A stretch of DNA of 64,000 nucleotides, from the NCBI GenBank assembly GCA_044892525.1, contig CM097887.1:72478001-72542000 (forward strand), read 5' to 3'. The notes under the pieces were generated by a model. It saw only the letters and a program-made list of their open reading frames with translations, made no database searches and had not been told where the DNA came from. This DNA is from Schmidtea polychroa. Taxonomy: Eukaryota. Shown here in pieces: positions 26,150-42,000 of the stretch; position 1 is the first letter of the stretch; every line of letters begins with the position of its first letter. Made by a program: the position numbers and the translations under genes.

Positions 26150-28650
26150 CATAGAGTGGTATACTTTATTAGTACCGGCTTAACGACTTCCCTTTGTTCA
26201 GTTTTATATTCACAGGTTTCTAAGTTTTCATCTTCTTTTCCTCAATAAAATCTCCAGTGATGCTGGAGTAACCCTTCTGATGGGGTTATGTTCTGACTGG
26301 TGGCATTTCCATGTACAGCATTGTATCAAAAGATGATATCCCGAAGATCTGTATAACTTCTGGCTTTATGACGCTTATTCGCATGGTTTTTAAACAATCC
26401 GGTTTCCATCAGGGCGATACACGCATGTATAGGTTAGTTTTACATTTTATCTACAACATAGCTTTCTGAGAGAATTATATTGGAAACTGGTCTAATATTT
26501 CTAAGATTTCTCACAATGTTTTAGAGACGTCTTTGCGGTCTATTTTTCTCCAGATTGCAAATCTGCTGAACCCACAATCTGCCATTATCAGAAACATGGA
26601 TCATTCGTAGTGTGTGACGTGAACCGCCAATGTTTCCCAGTTTTCCGTAACATCTAGTATGCCATAATTCCATTTAATTGATAATGGGTCGATGGAGCTG
26701 AATTCTGTACTGTTTCTCACGACGTCTTTTATCCTTTCTAGAGAAGTTTCTGAACTTCCTGATTGAATAATGTAGATTGTTATTTTTCACGCCAAAATGG
26801 TGTTGGTGGTGGCAATCCTTTATTTTCTCAGTCGACAGTCCTGCACACATGAAATATTTTACTGGCTTCAATGATCCCACTGGAACACGCGTGATGACGT
26901 CTGCTAGGTTCTTTACCAGCTTCACAAAAAGTACATAAATAGGCATATTATCGACAGCAGTGAGTTTCTTGATGACCCCAGGAGGCGTCTAACTAGAGTT
27001 TCAGAAATTTCATGAACACAAATTCTGTTTTCAACCAGCTTACTACCGTGCTCGAATATATCATCAATTCGATTTTTAATACCCCAAATGGATTGTGAGG
27101 TTAATTCCTTTTATCGTCGCATCCAACTCCGTAACATTTATATGAATATGGTCGTCGCCTTTTCTAAGTCACGATGCATCTTTCACGACATGCATAATTA
27201 TTATTAACATGATCCATAACGCGAGACTACTCGTATTACATCACAGAACCCCGCATAACTGTTTCAACTTCCCTCGACTGGATTGTCTGATTTAACGCAT
27301 GTGATGACTTCAGTCAGTTTTGATTCGCATTCATTTCCAATTAAGTCGTCCCATTTCGTGCCGATTGCGGTTTTTAACATAGTTGCATCCTACTTTGAGC
27401 TATCCTACAACCTGGTAATGGCCGATTCGTTTTCCGCATTTGCAGAACGAATGACTTCACTTTCGATTACACCGCAACAATCGCGTTTTATTCTGATTTC
27501 AAGAATCTTTGCATTTTCTATTTACTTTGTTGGATTCTTTAGTCATGCCATATTGAGCCAAATGATTCACAATGACATCGGTGTAGTGATCTGTTGCATC
27601 TTTGATTTTGGGGTTAGTTGAAGCCAAATCCCAATCTTGTTTAAAATAATACAGTTTGTCTTTTTATCGAACTTTTTCATTTCCAAAGACCTTCGTTGAT
27701 GTGTAATTGGAAGTCAGTATTTTTAAATCAAGCATTACTACCTGACCTTCTATTTACCGCCATCTCTGTGACCTTTCGCACCATACACCAGTCTCACCGT
27801 GGTAACGTCTAAGTTAGTCAAAATAAGGTGATCCTCGCCGTTCACCATAATCAAACAGTCATTCTTGTTTCATCATTCCACCTAATTCTTGCATTTCAGC
27901 CGTATTTCTGGTTTCATTGCATATTTGGCGACAGTTTTTCGGAAATGCAGGTTTTACTTTCCATTTATAGTACACGATTCACTCGTTTCCAATTAATAAC
28001 GGTGAAATATCTTCATCTTCAATGCTTACATAATCAAACTTCACAGCTTACATTGATGAAACAGCACATCCACCAAACCGCACTTCATTTTGCAAATTTA
28101 AACGCTTCATAAATCATCAAATTGCATCGAGTTCCAGAATTATATACATCTAAACTAGAAAATTTTTTATTATTAAACAATTTACTGTAACATTTGATCC
28201 CCATTCGAAGCATTGGCTTACTCTCTTATAAGGCACCCTTCGACCATTTATCGATATGACGTCCCTGTTTTTGCCCGTACTTCTCACAAGTTTACTGGAC
28301 ACTATCGTTTGAGAATACTCAGTGTCAATCAATTCAAGACATCACTTTCCTTTTACCCTGTGCTTGACAATTACTTATTCCATTCTCAAAATTATTGAGA
28401 AACAACTGACACTATAGCCTCTCTTTTGACGTTTGCCTGCGATCTTTTCGAAAGTTTTCTGGACAAAAGCCATATGTTCCCACATTTTCAAAATTTCTAC
28501 ATGAGACATTTGCTTCTAAAATATGCAGATCTTCCGCAGCCATATCAGAGACTGTCTTTCATTCTATCGTTATAAGACGATTTGCTCGAGGAAACTAAAC
28601 GTACCTATTCAACGTGTTCTGATAATAAAGCGTGGTTCTAACGAATTATT
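26150..28650 (-). pseudogene. Heavily decayed LTR retrotransposon pol (gypsy-like)
   Basis: Minus-strand remnants IDTEYSQTIVSSKLV (protease DTG-like), ...VKNLADVITRVP (RNase H end) and integrase-like fragments, with many stops. Confidence 0.55.
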
Positions 28651-29344
28651 TTTTGCAAGACTCATTTCATGAATTTTTGTCGAAACACTTATCAGTTAGG
28701 ATACTGCAATTGCAAAACTATAACATATGCTCTATTGAGCAAGTTATCTTCTTGTATGTTAGCCAATCCGGCCAATTGCTTTAAATATGAGAGAAAGACA
28801 TCCAGATTTCCGTTTCATGGGCGCTTTCGAAAAAAAGTGTGAAACAGTACCATTTCGATTGCATCGCAACATCCATTATCATTTCCCATAAAATTGTCGT
28901 ATACTAAAAACTAAAGATGGTGAAGAGACTATCATGGGTCATGGTTTCAGATACGTGAAAGTGCATAAAAGGTCATTTTGTGATTTTGAATTAACTTATT
29001 GTGGTTAAGATATGTTTAAATATAGTCAAATTGCTTTTCTGTACAAAATTAATTTATGGAATATATTAATAAATTATAGAAAATAATATCCGAAAATTTT
29101 AGAAATTTTAAATAATTGATAAAATTATTTAATAAGAAAAAATAATAAATTTATAAACTAAAATAATTTAATTAAACCAATTCCAAGCATTTTTAAGAAT
29201 TTTATTTAGAATGTTGTTTTAATATTAATAAAAAAATTATAATTTAATTTTTATCTATAATTTAATTTTTATATCAAATTTAACATATTAAATTAAAGTA
29301 TTATATTATTTTAATGTTTATATATTTTAAATGTATATCTAGAT

Positions 29345-32300
29345 ATGAGTGTTAAGACTATAACAAAAAGGCCAATTGAATATTCTCATGCCTTAATGGC
29401 TAAGAGGCCAAGAACAGATGTGGTTGTGACTGAAAGAAGAGAATTCTATTCTGCTGGCGATATTAGTAGTATTCCCAGAACTTCCAATCTTTTAGCGCCT
29501 AATTTACTTTTAAGTGGTCACAAAGGGGAAGTATTTTGCGGAAAATTTGCTCCAGAAGGTTCATTTCTGGCTTCAGCTGGTCATGATAGAGAGATTATTT
29601 TATGGAACACTTATGGGGATATTAAGGATCTAGCGGTTTTAAATGGCCATAATGGAGCGATTTTGGACCTACAGTTTTCGTCAGATTCCGATTGGATTTA
29701 CACTGCAAGTACTGACAAAACAGTTATGATTTGGGATACAAGAGTCGGTGAGAGAGTCAAAAAATTTAAAGGTCACACTTCTATTGTTAACAGTGTATCG
29801 GCAGTAAGCCATACACGGGAATTGTTTTGCTCGGGTTCTGACGATTGCAAGATTCGATTATGGGATAAAAGGGTCAAGAATACAATACATACAATTGATT
29901 CTAAGTTTCCAGTAATTTTATGCTTTCTAATTTCTATTAAATCCATTTCTGTTAACTTTAAAATATGTAAAATTTATTTTATTGAAAATTTATATATATT
30001 TTCCCTGTATTTTGGTAATTAATTAAAATTTAATAAATTTCGAAACTGAAAATAGATGGTAATAGAACTATAAAAATATCATCTTCTTCAATTAAATATA
30101 ATTATGATTTATCGTTAAATATAATGGAATATAAATCACATGCATATTAAAACACAGTTAATAACAGTTAGTTTGAATTTTTCTTTGTAAAAACAATCGA
30201 TATGATTAATAAAGGAAATTAATTCATTTATTTTATAAAATACCAATTAATCTAATATATTCACCTACATTTCCTAATATCAACAAACGCTTACTAATTT
30301 GTCTATCGCAACATTTCAGAATTATGATTTTTTTGTCGGTGGTTATGAATATGAAATGTCGATATAGTATTCGATATTTTTAATCCAATTTGTGAGATAT
30401 AAGCTTTCTGGCTGCCGGTGCCTCAAATTTTGTAGTATTATAAAAACTTATTACATCCTTTAATTTATGTAGTATAAGTAAAGAAGTATTTAGTTTTCTG
30501 GCTCTGGGTATAAGGAAACATCACAATCTTCACAAATATATTTTGTTTAGAATCTTTGATGGTTAGTCTGTTTCTAGGGTTATGAAAGTGATGTAATATT
30601 CAGATAATAGACGATAGAGAATGAGACTTTTACCTGACCTATATCTTTTAAATTTAGCTCTAATGAATTCAAGCTTGAATACACGTATTAAAATTATTTC
30701 ATTGCTAAGAAAATCAATAATACTGAGAGTGAAAAGCCTAGCATAATTTGATATTTCTTTGGTCTGTTCCACGATATTTTAAAGTTAGTCTTTATTACAG
30801 TTTTAACTTTACTAAATTTGGATATAAATTAAGCTTACTAAACGAAAATCAGTAGATGAATATTACTTATATAACCTTAATTAAAAATTATATATATTAA
30901 CAAGGTGGAAAAACTCATTTTAGTTTCTCAACTTTGTGGTTTCATATATCATTATCTGGAATAAATAATAATGGAGTTAGAGTTGTGACTTATGGCTCGA
31001 AAACAAATTAAAAAATAGTTCTTTACATAATTCATTTACGGTAAACTTGGAAATTCTTGCTCATAACTTTCAATCTCCCATCTAAACTAGATCATTGGAT
31101 TTTGAATTAACTTTATCTATCATAAGGGCATTAGTATATACATTAACACCATTCCACAATAAATAAGCAAAATGCCAAGTAAAATAGTAAAATGGAGAGA
31201 AAGAAAATACAGCATGAAATTAATTAACAAAGAAAATTATTGAATGTTTATATTTTGTATATGAAATTGAGTATAGAATATCATTTATCTTCATTTAGAT
31301 TTTGGCTATATTAATATATACTAATAATTAACACAAATTTCTAGTCCTTGTCCTTTAGGGCGTTATTGTACAAATTATGTTGAAATTTTTATCAATAATT
31401 ACACCCGATGAGCGCTTTGCCAGGCCTCAGAAATTCTTAGTTCGATACTCGGGTAAATCTGTAATGCAGAATCTTTAAACCTATTTTCATAAATTTCCCC
31501 ATTACTGCCTTAAGTTACAGGTTGAAAAATCGTATGGCTTTTTCATTATGATTCAGCATTTATTTTTCTGAATCAAAACCAAAATCAACTTTATTCTTTA
31601 TTCCATTTGACTCTCTGGCCATCGAATTTGAATTTGATTTCCCCTTATAAAAAAACTACAACAAATAATTGTAAAAGTTGTTATGCTCAATTCGTGGCTT
31701 GACAAACATGATTAACAAAATTTACTTAATTATAATGAACCAGCTTCTCGGATTGCATTTACTCTTTCATGTACCATGGGTTTTCGGTATAAAAATTGTT
31801 TATAATTCCATATAACTCATCATAAACATTAATTCTTCTTCCAATAGCTCGATTTACAGGGGCACGTATATACCAATATCCAGTGTAAGATTTGCCTTTA
31901 TTAGCCGTGAATTTTGAATGCTTCACATAATGTCAGAACAAAAAATTAATAGATTCAATAAAGAATATCCATAATATCACTTTGTTATCAAATGATTTCG
32001 AATTTAATTCATTAGTTTGCCAGGTTAATAATTTTGCAGGCATTCGAATAATATTAACCNNNNNNNNNNNNNNNNNNNNNNNNNNNNNNNNNNNNNNNNN
32101 NNNNNNNNNNNNNNNNNNNNNNNNNNNNNNNNNNNNNNNNNNNNNNNNNNNNNNNNNNNNNNNNNNNNNNNNNNNNNNNNNNNNNNNNNNNNNNNNNNNN
32201 NNNNNNNNNNNNNNNNNNNNNNNNNNNNNNNNACAAAATATATCATAAATATTGCTTTTGTTAACATATTATCTTAATAAATATCATCCAATAAGATATT

Positions 32301-33620
32301 ATTTTATTTTTTGTATCACTATGCCCAAGACTTATATATACGCTAGCGGATGACAAAACTCGCCGCCGAGGAGCGCATTTCGTTTGACGAAATAAACCAC
32401 TTAAGAGTTACTAAACTCTAATTATCAAGCAAAATCTGCTATTTATAAAACGGATGAACATTTAAAATACAAACTTTCAAAAACCCCAAATTGTTATGAA
32501 GAAGAAATAACAAAACTCTTTCTTTCAATTATGATTGACCAGCATTCCGTGTATAACACTTTATCAGATTGGCAAATAAGATGTAATTTAGGGTTTCTAA
32601 GATGCTACCAGACTGTTGAAATGTCTAACGTGCGATTCATTATTTTTCTATTATTCTATTTTTACCTTACTATTTCGCTTGCGTTTTCCTCTTCTTTCGT
32701 AGTCGACTTTCACAATTATATTAATTTTATGACTTTCTTCCTTTTTCTTTTATTCTAAAACTAGTTCGTTTGAACTTTTAGCCTGGTAATCATTACCAAA
32801 CATTTCCCGACTTACTATCTAAAATCTACTGTTTGAATTACGATGAATTAAGCTTAGTTTTACGGTACTTTTTTCAAGAGTTTACTGTTTATAAAAATTC
32901 CTATATTTAGTAACATTATTTTATTTTATTAATTACATGTTACTAATTCAAGATATTTGTTTGAAAATTATTATTTGTTGTCCTAATTAATATATGGAAC
33001 AATATTTTATCTTTCACTAGGAAATGATGATATCAAAAAATTGTCTTAAAATAGATATAATTTATTTCCAATAGGTATTAGACGTTGCATATAGTCCCTT
33101 CGGTGATTACATATTCTCTGGAGGTATTGAAAACGTTATTAATCAATGGGATGTCCGTGAAATGAAAATTATCCAAACCTTTCCTGGACATACTGATACA
33201 ATAACATCGGTTGCGGTCAGTAATGATGGTAATTTCCTGCTCTCCAACTCCATGGATAATACTCTCAGGGTTTGGGATACTAGACCGTTCGTCCGAGGGG
33301 AACGCTGCACTAAGGTAATCGATTGTTTTTTGTTCGGATAATTATCGATTGTTTTTAATTTTTAGCTGATGGTGGGACATTTGCATAACTTTGAGAAGAA
33401 CTTGTTGCGGTGCGCATGGTCTGTTGACGGCAAGCGAGTTACTTGCGGCAGTGCTGACAAAAATGTTTACGTCTGGGACATGTACACTGGGCAGATCATG
33501 TACAAATTACCGGGACATGTCGGCAGTGTGAATGAAACTGCTTTCCACCCACGTGAACCGATTCTCTTATCAGTTAGCAGCGACACCAAGATATTCATGG
33601 GTGAAATCCAGCCAATCTGA
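29345..33620 (+). CDS. SNRNP40: U5 snRNP 40 kDa WD40 protein; exons 29345-29911, 33075-33314, 33366-33620
   Basis: RTSNLLAPNLLLSGHKGEVFCGKF, GERVKKFKGHTSIVNS, HNFEKNLLRCAWS...YKLPGHVGSVNETAFHPREPI...MGEIQ; canonical GT-AG phase-0 junctions. Confidence 0.93.
32060..32232. other. Assembly gap (N run)
   Basis: 173 N bases. Confidence 1.
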
Positions 33621-36051
33621 AAGTTTTTGTGAATAAAATATTTGTGTTATATGTCTTATTTCTGATTCTTTTTGATGTTTGGTTGTTGATAGTACAAATT
33701 AATACGGCTTTATGTAATATAAATAATTGATATAACATAAATAAATAAATCTTGGTTTAATAAGAATATAATGCGTCTTAATATTAAAAAATATAAATAT
33801 TTAAATTACAAATATTAATGTAATTTCACTTAAAATGATAAAATCAGTCTGTTTGCCCAAAAGTAAATCCAAACTTTTGTGAGTTAAAATGATAAATCCT
33901 TAATCACTCTGAAAATCAAACAGACACGTCAATACTTTTCAAACTTTACAAGCAAAACAACAGGCATCACATAACATTTAACAAAATGTAACAGGCACCA
34001 TTTTTATGGAAATATTTGTAATAAATATTTGAAAAGTAAAACTTTATCTTTTTATATATAGGCATATATAGATAGATAACAATAGTGCAACGGTAAAATT
34101 CTCATTTCTTTTTATCGAGACACCAACACCTAAAAGCCCAAGAATAAATGGCTCAAAAATTGAATTAAAATCTATGATACACCAAATAAAACAAAGTTAA
34201 GTACACAAAACATTGAGAATATATAAAACACGTATAATAAAATTGATAAACGCGAAAAGTAGCAATCAACAACAAATTGAAGAGAGAAACAATGCATTGG
34301 AAAAATCTGCCAACTCAAAAATAAAAGAATAATAAAAAAAATAAATAAGTAATAATATAAAACATTAAGAATGATTACTGGTAGTATTTACATACGAAGG
34401 ACCATAATCAAATTAATTAGTGATGTTATAGCTTGTATTTACATACGAATGAGCTATGACAAAAGAAAAAAATTATTTAAAAAAGAATTATAAATTAACA
34501 AAATAATGAAATTAAATAACAAATAAAATTATTAAATAATTTGATTGTTTAAAACAAAATAAAATACAAAATAAATACAAAATACATGCAAATTAAATCT
34601 GCCACAGTTAATCAAAATTACATTTATTGTGATTGGAAAGAGAGGCAGCAAACGCGTAGGTGTACAATTAAAATCAGTAAAAATATTGACTGAAAATTCA
34701 TGTTTTCAACTTGTTTGTCAATTGTGAATTTGTTAACTTGGTCTTAGTTTTCGGTGATTATGAAATTTATTCATTGGTGGTCAATTTGTTTTTTTGTATA
34801 AAGTAATTCCTAATCTAATGAATTTTAACGTTTGATATAATTATTTTCCTCTTCCTATTGTTTATTTCTATTAGATTTAACCCTGTTTTCAAAGACAGCC
34901 CAAAAATGACGATGTAGCCAACTGACTAATGGAAGAAATTGTGGGAATGCCTCAAACAGTTCCTTGTTTTGTTCGGAAATTAGTCGAGTGGACCGAAGAA
35001 TTTGACTCTTCGCTAGACTAACTTAGCGTAATTTAGGGGTGCAATGCAGGTGGCTCTTGTGCCATGCTACACCATAATTCCGATAGGTTGAGTTTTCGTT
35101 TTAACGCCACAGCAAGATTAAAAGTCTATCAATGTTCAGAATCTGGGTGAAACAGATATGGACGGGTGTGTTCAACTGAGGCTCAAGCAGTGGAGGTCGA
35201 AAACCCACGAAGGTAGAAAACCTGGTTGACCGCCAGGTTTGAAGAAGTTTGAAGAGCACACTGAAAAACACTAATTATTATGGAAAATCTAGGAAAACAT
35301 GATTGGGAAATAAGGACGGGTCTCTTCGCAAAATTTTCGAATGTAACATTGAATACATAAAGTAATGAGGACCAGAATTAAATAAAGAAAAAGGAACAAT
35401 AATCTTAAAAAAAAGATAGATAATGAAAGTGACAATTCGCAATCCAGAATCCGAAAAAGAAAATGCAACGAGTAGTTTTAGTAGTAGAGCTCACCTGCTA
35501 TTTGATTTTAAGCCACTGTGTACATTACTAATATGGTTTTTGAAATGTGTACACAGTTGGTAAAATTTAAATAATCATGAATTCGTTTAGGGAAGAGTCA
35601 ATGCCAAATTCATAAGCAACCATATAACATTTAAGCGCAACAGTTGTTAAAAGAGAGATCAATGGATATTTCATAACACCAAAAATTTTTTTAAAGGCAA
35701 CAAAGTCAGATTAACGTCGAATAGTAATTAAGATAGTTTAATTCAAGTATATAGAAATTTCCATCTGTCATTTTTCCAGTTGTCATTGAAGGTAGCTTTA
35801 ATGAATAAAATTAAAAAAAATATATTATTTAGTATTTTGTTTAAAGTATAGATAAGTTACTTAATTATACATTCTGATTTTAAAAAACATACATCTGTCT
35901 TCAAAATATTTACAAGCTCCGGTTAATAATATTTCAAAACATAAATATATGAGTACATCTTTAAAATTTCAAATTAAAATTCCATTGTTTTAATAATCAT
36001 TGAGGATAGATTATATTTTATAACCTTGCATAATAAATATACTTTAAAGTA

Positions 36052-39000
36052 ATGTCTCAGTCACAATCGGAAATTGACAAACTTTTAATGAAATATAATG
36101 AAATTCAAAATAAAAATCTTAAACTTGTTATCAACTCAGAAAAGAAGAAAGAAATGGATAATTTAATTGAATCAGGATTAATTTTTAAAGAGCTGGGTAT
36201 TCCAATAGATGATACTAGTCACCCTATAGATATACCAGTTAGTAGTAAAAAGTAAATTTTAATAACATTTTATGCCTATTATTTATTAAACGTGCAAGAA
36301 AAGAACCTGCTAAACCGCGACTAAATGTTTGTAATGTTGGAGTCCTAACGATAAATCCACATGAATTTGTCAAATACGCTAAAGAAACTCAAACAATGAT
36401 TGAGAGTAATAGCAACGTTAATTCCGAAGGTTATAACTTAGATAGTTATAAAGTTAATTAAATACAAATATTTAGCCGATTCTCCTCGTTTGGGGGGTGT
36501 TGCTTCTCCAAAATTTCTAACCAGCCTGCAATGGGACGATGAATTCGGTATATACAATTTTAGAATTGAAAATTTTGTACATAATTATTTTGATAATTAT
36601 AATTCTTATTTACGTAATAATTTATATCTTTAGTTTATTTTAATTTATTGACATGTTGAAACTTTTAATTAATTAATTAATATTTTTAAATTACTCTGAT
36701 CAAACTTTTATTAACATTTAGTTACAGATTTTGTATATATTATTAATTTCTCTGAATTAGCTGAAATCAAATATGATTCAAATAATGATTTTTAACACGT
36801 TTTAATAAATAATTGTTTTAGAAGTAGTAATGAGAATAAATATAAAATTGGGTTACATATTTTTGAAAACTATGGATGTCACAGAATTAGCTTAATGGAA
36901 CCATGACAACAATATAAGTAGCCAATTTAAAGTGAAAAATAATTAAGTCACATTTCGTCATTTTCATTTTATTATCTGTAAGTGTTAATTTGATGATTTT
37001 TTTTGGTGGAGGAAGTAATTCAGGTTTTTTAAATCGTTGTTAGTAAACTATGCAATATCTATATTTATAACTTTATAAGTCATTTATATCTGTCATAAAC
37101 GGGTTTAATTTATTAGTTTCAGTATAAATTTCAACAACAAATTTGTTTAGAGATATGACTAATGTCTATTGATGTTTAATGCGCTTAAGAACTTCGTAAT
37201 TAGCTAAATTGAGAAAGTTGGAGCTGTAAATCACGTTTCGATAATTCTGAGTTCCATCTGACAAATCGGACAGAAATAAATCCCTAGCATTATTAGTATT
37301 AAACAAAAATACTCTCATGATAACATTTGAACATAAAATTCGATTGTTACAAAAGGAATGACCAAATTATTCATTTTTATCACTGGTTTTTAAACATAGT
37401 AAAAAAACGGAGTAACTATAGTATACGGGACGCAAAAAATAATGCATCTACATGTTCAATAAATAGTGTTACATTGTTTCGTTTTATTATATAACGTGCG
37501 ATTCATAAGTCTCCGTCTCTAAAACTAAAATAAAACAACAAAATACAATATAATTTATACTCACATATTTATAATCATTGATATTAATTATTATTCACTG
37601 ATTAACAATATGGGGGAAGCAGCTGGTGATGTTAAATTTTCGCTTGCGGATCGAGTGTTTATAATTAGCCATGCAATAGTGTACCAGAGTGGTGCCGAAG
37701 CTTGTCAAGAATTTCAACAACATTTAAATTGTGCACCACCAGCTAGGACAACAGTACAATACTGGAAACAGAAGTTTGATGAAACTTGAAACATATCTGC
37801 TAGGTTGCGATGAGGAAGACCGTCTGATAAAATCATGAAGGAAAAGGTGGTAAATTTTGTAAGAGAATGATGGCACAAATCAACGAGAAACTGCACGAGT
37901 GTGAATATCTTTACAAACTTTTGTTCACAGACATCTCAAGGAAGAAAAAATAAAATGTTTTAAATATTCTTTTAATTAAGCATTGGGAGAATATTATCCC
38001 AATAGGATGGTTGAATTCTGTTTTTGAATAGTCAACGAAAACAGTGTTAATTTCCATAGAAAGATTATTTTCTCAGATGAAGCTTCGTTTTATCTAAACG
38101 GTCTCGTACGAAAACACAATCTCTTCTATTACGCTAAAGAGAATGAACATCGTTTGTTACCACTCAAATCACTTGGACTGACTGTTTGGGTGCCTATTTC
38201 ATATGATCTTGGTGTAACCTTCAGTATCAGTCGTGAAACAATCAACAAAGATTGGTATATCACTGTTTTAAATCAAAACCTGTTGTCTTTCATTGGAAAT
38301 GACAATCAACATTGGTATCAACACGATGATGCCCCGCCTCATCTCAGTATTCCAGCACGACAATAGCTTGATCAACATTTTCCACAGCGGTGGATTGGTT
38401 GTAGAGGACCAAAGGAATCACCACTAAGATCTTCAGATTTCACGATATTGGACTTTTGGCTATGAATCGAGTTTATGCAATCCATAACAATTATACAACG
38501 CTCAACGAACTTGAAGAAGCAATTTCATATGAATTAATAAGCATCAATCAAGAAGTCGTCCGTAAATGTTATTCAAGCTTCAGGAAACGATGCAATCTCT
38601 GCTTGGAGCAAGATGGTGAACATTTTGAACAGTTCCTATGAAATTGCTTTTTCTAAACCGTTATTTGTTCCTGCTGTTATTGTGTTTTGTTGTGCATTAA
38701 AGTAACTCAATACATTTAGTTTGTTCTTACTGTTGTTTTATTTTAGTTTTAGAGACGGAGACTTATAAATCACTAGTAGTATACTAGTAGTTTATCCGAC
38801 AAGATAATCTGACCCCTAGGGGTACTGTTTTACCTTTACCCTTATACTTCTTTTAACACTTTATATTCCAAAAATCACTGGAAGCAAAAGTTTAGTAAAA
38901 AAATCTTCTAATAGTAACTCAATATTAAACTGATTTTTTAGGTTAAATTAATTAAAATAAATTCCTTTTTGTAAATTTCAGAATTTTCCAAAATTTGAAC

Positions 39001-42000
39001 TTTTTATAAATAACAAATAGATTAAATAATATATTAATGTTTTATATATTAACCACTTGCGCTATGATTTAATTTTCGGTAGCTGAGCCGCGCTCTACTA
39101 TATAAAGTATCGTAAGGCATCGACGCCTCACCGCGTCAGCGAGCTCAGAGGTTTGACCAGTGCTTAGCGCGAGGGTAGGGTCTTACATAAAAGATTTACA
39201 CGAATATAAATAATTATTCACAACAACAAAAAATTTTATTAATTAATAGTCTACTTTTGTTTTTGTGTTTGCGACAAATACTATCGACGTGGTATACACG
39301 TCACTTGCAGTTCTGAAAAAAATCATCAAGACGTGCCTGGCACGTCAATATAGCGCAAGTGGTNNNNNNNNNNNNNNNNNNNNNNNNNNNNNNNNNNNNN
39401 NNNNNNNNNNNNNNNNNNNNNNNNNNNNNNNNNNNNNNNNNNNNNNNNNNNNNNNNNNNNNNNNNNNNNNNNNNNNNNNNNNNNNNNNNNNNNNNNNNNN
39501 NNNNNNNNNNNNNNNGATGCATTAAACACTGTAAGCAGTCACATTGTTTTTTTTTATAAAAAATTGCACAAATTGCAAATAAAAATTGTTTATAATTTTG
39601 ATATATTTAGATTTGCCATTTGAAGGGAAAGTAAATGAATCTATGGATTATGAAAGTAATTATATCAATGGTCAGTCGAATAACAATGGCAAAAGAAAAG
39701 GTTAAAATACATTATAATTGATATTATATAAAACTTTCAAATATTAAAAGTGACGTTTTGTAAGATAATATTACATATAATGAATAAAATTGTCCAATAA
39801 TTGAAACCGATTTGCCACTACAACTTGTTAATATTGCCCATAATAATGCACATTTTTGTTTAGAAAGTTCGTGCCGGTTTTAGTAGATATTATCATGTGC
39901 TAATATTTGCTAATAATTTAAAAGTTAGGAATTGCATATCCTAAGGTATTTTTACACAAAAATTTATTTCGATTTAATATAACTGAAAATGAAATTATAA
40001 AGGACGATAATACAACATTATAATAATTAAAGTAACATAATGAAATTTTTAATTCATGCCATTCCAACTTTTCAAGTATTAAAAATGTCTCAAGCTCAAT
40101 TTAAACAATTATAGAATATATATATATATATATATATATTTACTGATTCATACTCCAACTTTTTAATAAATACAATGTTAATGTAAAAGAAATCACTGGT
40201 GAAATTTGAAAAAAAGTTCTTATATACATATACACCTAATTCTGTTTTTACACAATAGATACGTTCCTGAAAAATTAGTGTAAAAAAATTCGTGTAAAAA
40301 AAGATATTGGCTGAATGGAAAAATAGTAGATTGGTTCCATACCTAAAAAGCAACAAAAGTACAATAAACATCACTTGCAAATTAGCTAAATCACAGAAAA
40401 AATATCTGCAAACTTGTAAACATGGCGTATGAAAAATCATACTCGCTTCTGGAGACACCGTCATACACAGAAACTGTTTACAAGTGCATCCGTAAACCTT
40501 TAGCATTTTTAACTTATAATGGTGTAAAATATTATTTTACGGATGTCTAACATTAAAATAATATAAACATAAAGTGTGTCTATATTTTATTGTTTGTATT
40601 GACGGACATTTCGTCAATTACTATTTATTATGATTTTCAGTAAGCGAGTTTAATGATTGCGAAAAAGAAGAAATATTGTCATCGGATGATTTCATGGAAT
40701 TTTTTGAACATGCGACAATTTTAATGGAGGAAACACTACAAAACAAGGTAGATATTTTCACAGATTATTCCGGTGTTTATGGAGACGATAAAAGGTAAAT
40801 GGTAACATTTTTTTTAATTTTCATAAGGACTTGTATTTAGTTTATTAAATTCAAAAAAGATATTAGATCTCAATCGTGTTTTTTTCGATGAGCGTTGGTC
40901 TTGGAATCGGGTGGTTACGGGTTTAAATTGGTCACCACATCATTCAGAACTTTTACTAGCTAGCTATTTTAGTAATGAAGCTGTGTCTCACGAACCCGAC
41001 GGGGTTTGCTTAGTTTGGAATGTGAAATCGAAATTAAATTCCCCTGAAAACGTTTTGCATTATCAATCTCCAATAATAGCGGCCATGTTTGCTAAACATC
41101 ATAATAGCCTAATAGTAGGTGGAACTTATTCAGGTCAAATTGTTATTTGGGATATTAGGTAATTTTTAATAAAAGTATTTTTTTAATTTAGAATTTAATA
41201 TTATATTTACTAATTAAAATTTGAATTTAAATAAATCAATTTTCCGATCGTATCATATCTAATATGATAAAGCAAATTATTCTTGTAAATTTAATCTTGA
41301 AAATTGACCTAAAGACTTCGATGAAATATTGTGAGTTCAAGAAACTAATCTTATAGACACATTTTTTCTGCTTAAGAATACTTAATAAAATTAGGCGGTT
41401 TAGTACTAAAATCTTTTCTTTGGTTACTTCTTATATATTTATTTTTTTTTTGTAATATCCCATGGTAAAAGACCAACAATTTATTTTGATCTCTTTTAAA
41501 TATGAAAATAATTGAAATATTTACCGGTTTATATATTTTTCTAAATTTCTAAAATATCCTTAAATAGTTTTATTTATATTATTTAATTTGAATTTAATAA
41601 ATTCATTTAGGTAATATTATTTTTCATTTTGTTTTTTCATATTACTGATATCAACAATTTTAACAATTTTAAATTTTAGACATTGGAATTTTATTAATTT
41701 CCTATATGAAATAACTTTTTTTAAATAATTAATTTTTTAACTTCGAAGTTATTCAAAAATTCAAAAAATAAAATGACAAAAGGAACTTAGTAGAAAATAA
41801 TTAAAAACTAATTAAATATTCAAAAATGTAAAGATCAATATTTTCGGTGGGAAAGTGGTAACATATGTCAAATGAAAAGTTGAACGCGTATAGAATAATT
41901 GCAAAATGATGGGAGGTCTCTATGAGGAGCTTGAACCAAAAAAACTAATTAATTAATTTTAATAAATATTCCAAAAAATTCATAAATCATTGGAGTATCT

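Noticed and set aside
31982-32267. ORFs spanning the first N gap
   Set aside because: Artefacts of N translation.
34870-35330. Possible gypsy integrase C-terminal remnant on the minus strand
   Set aside because: Too degraded to recover catalytic motifs with confidence.
39265-39559. ORFs spanning the second N gap
   Set aside because: Artefacts of N translation.
40107-40139. (AT)n microsatellite
   Set aside because: Ordinary simple repeat in an AT-rich genome.
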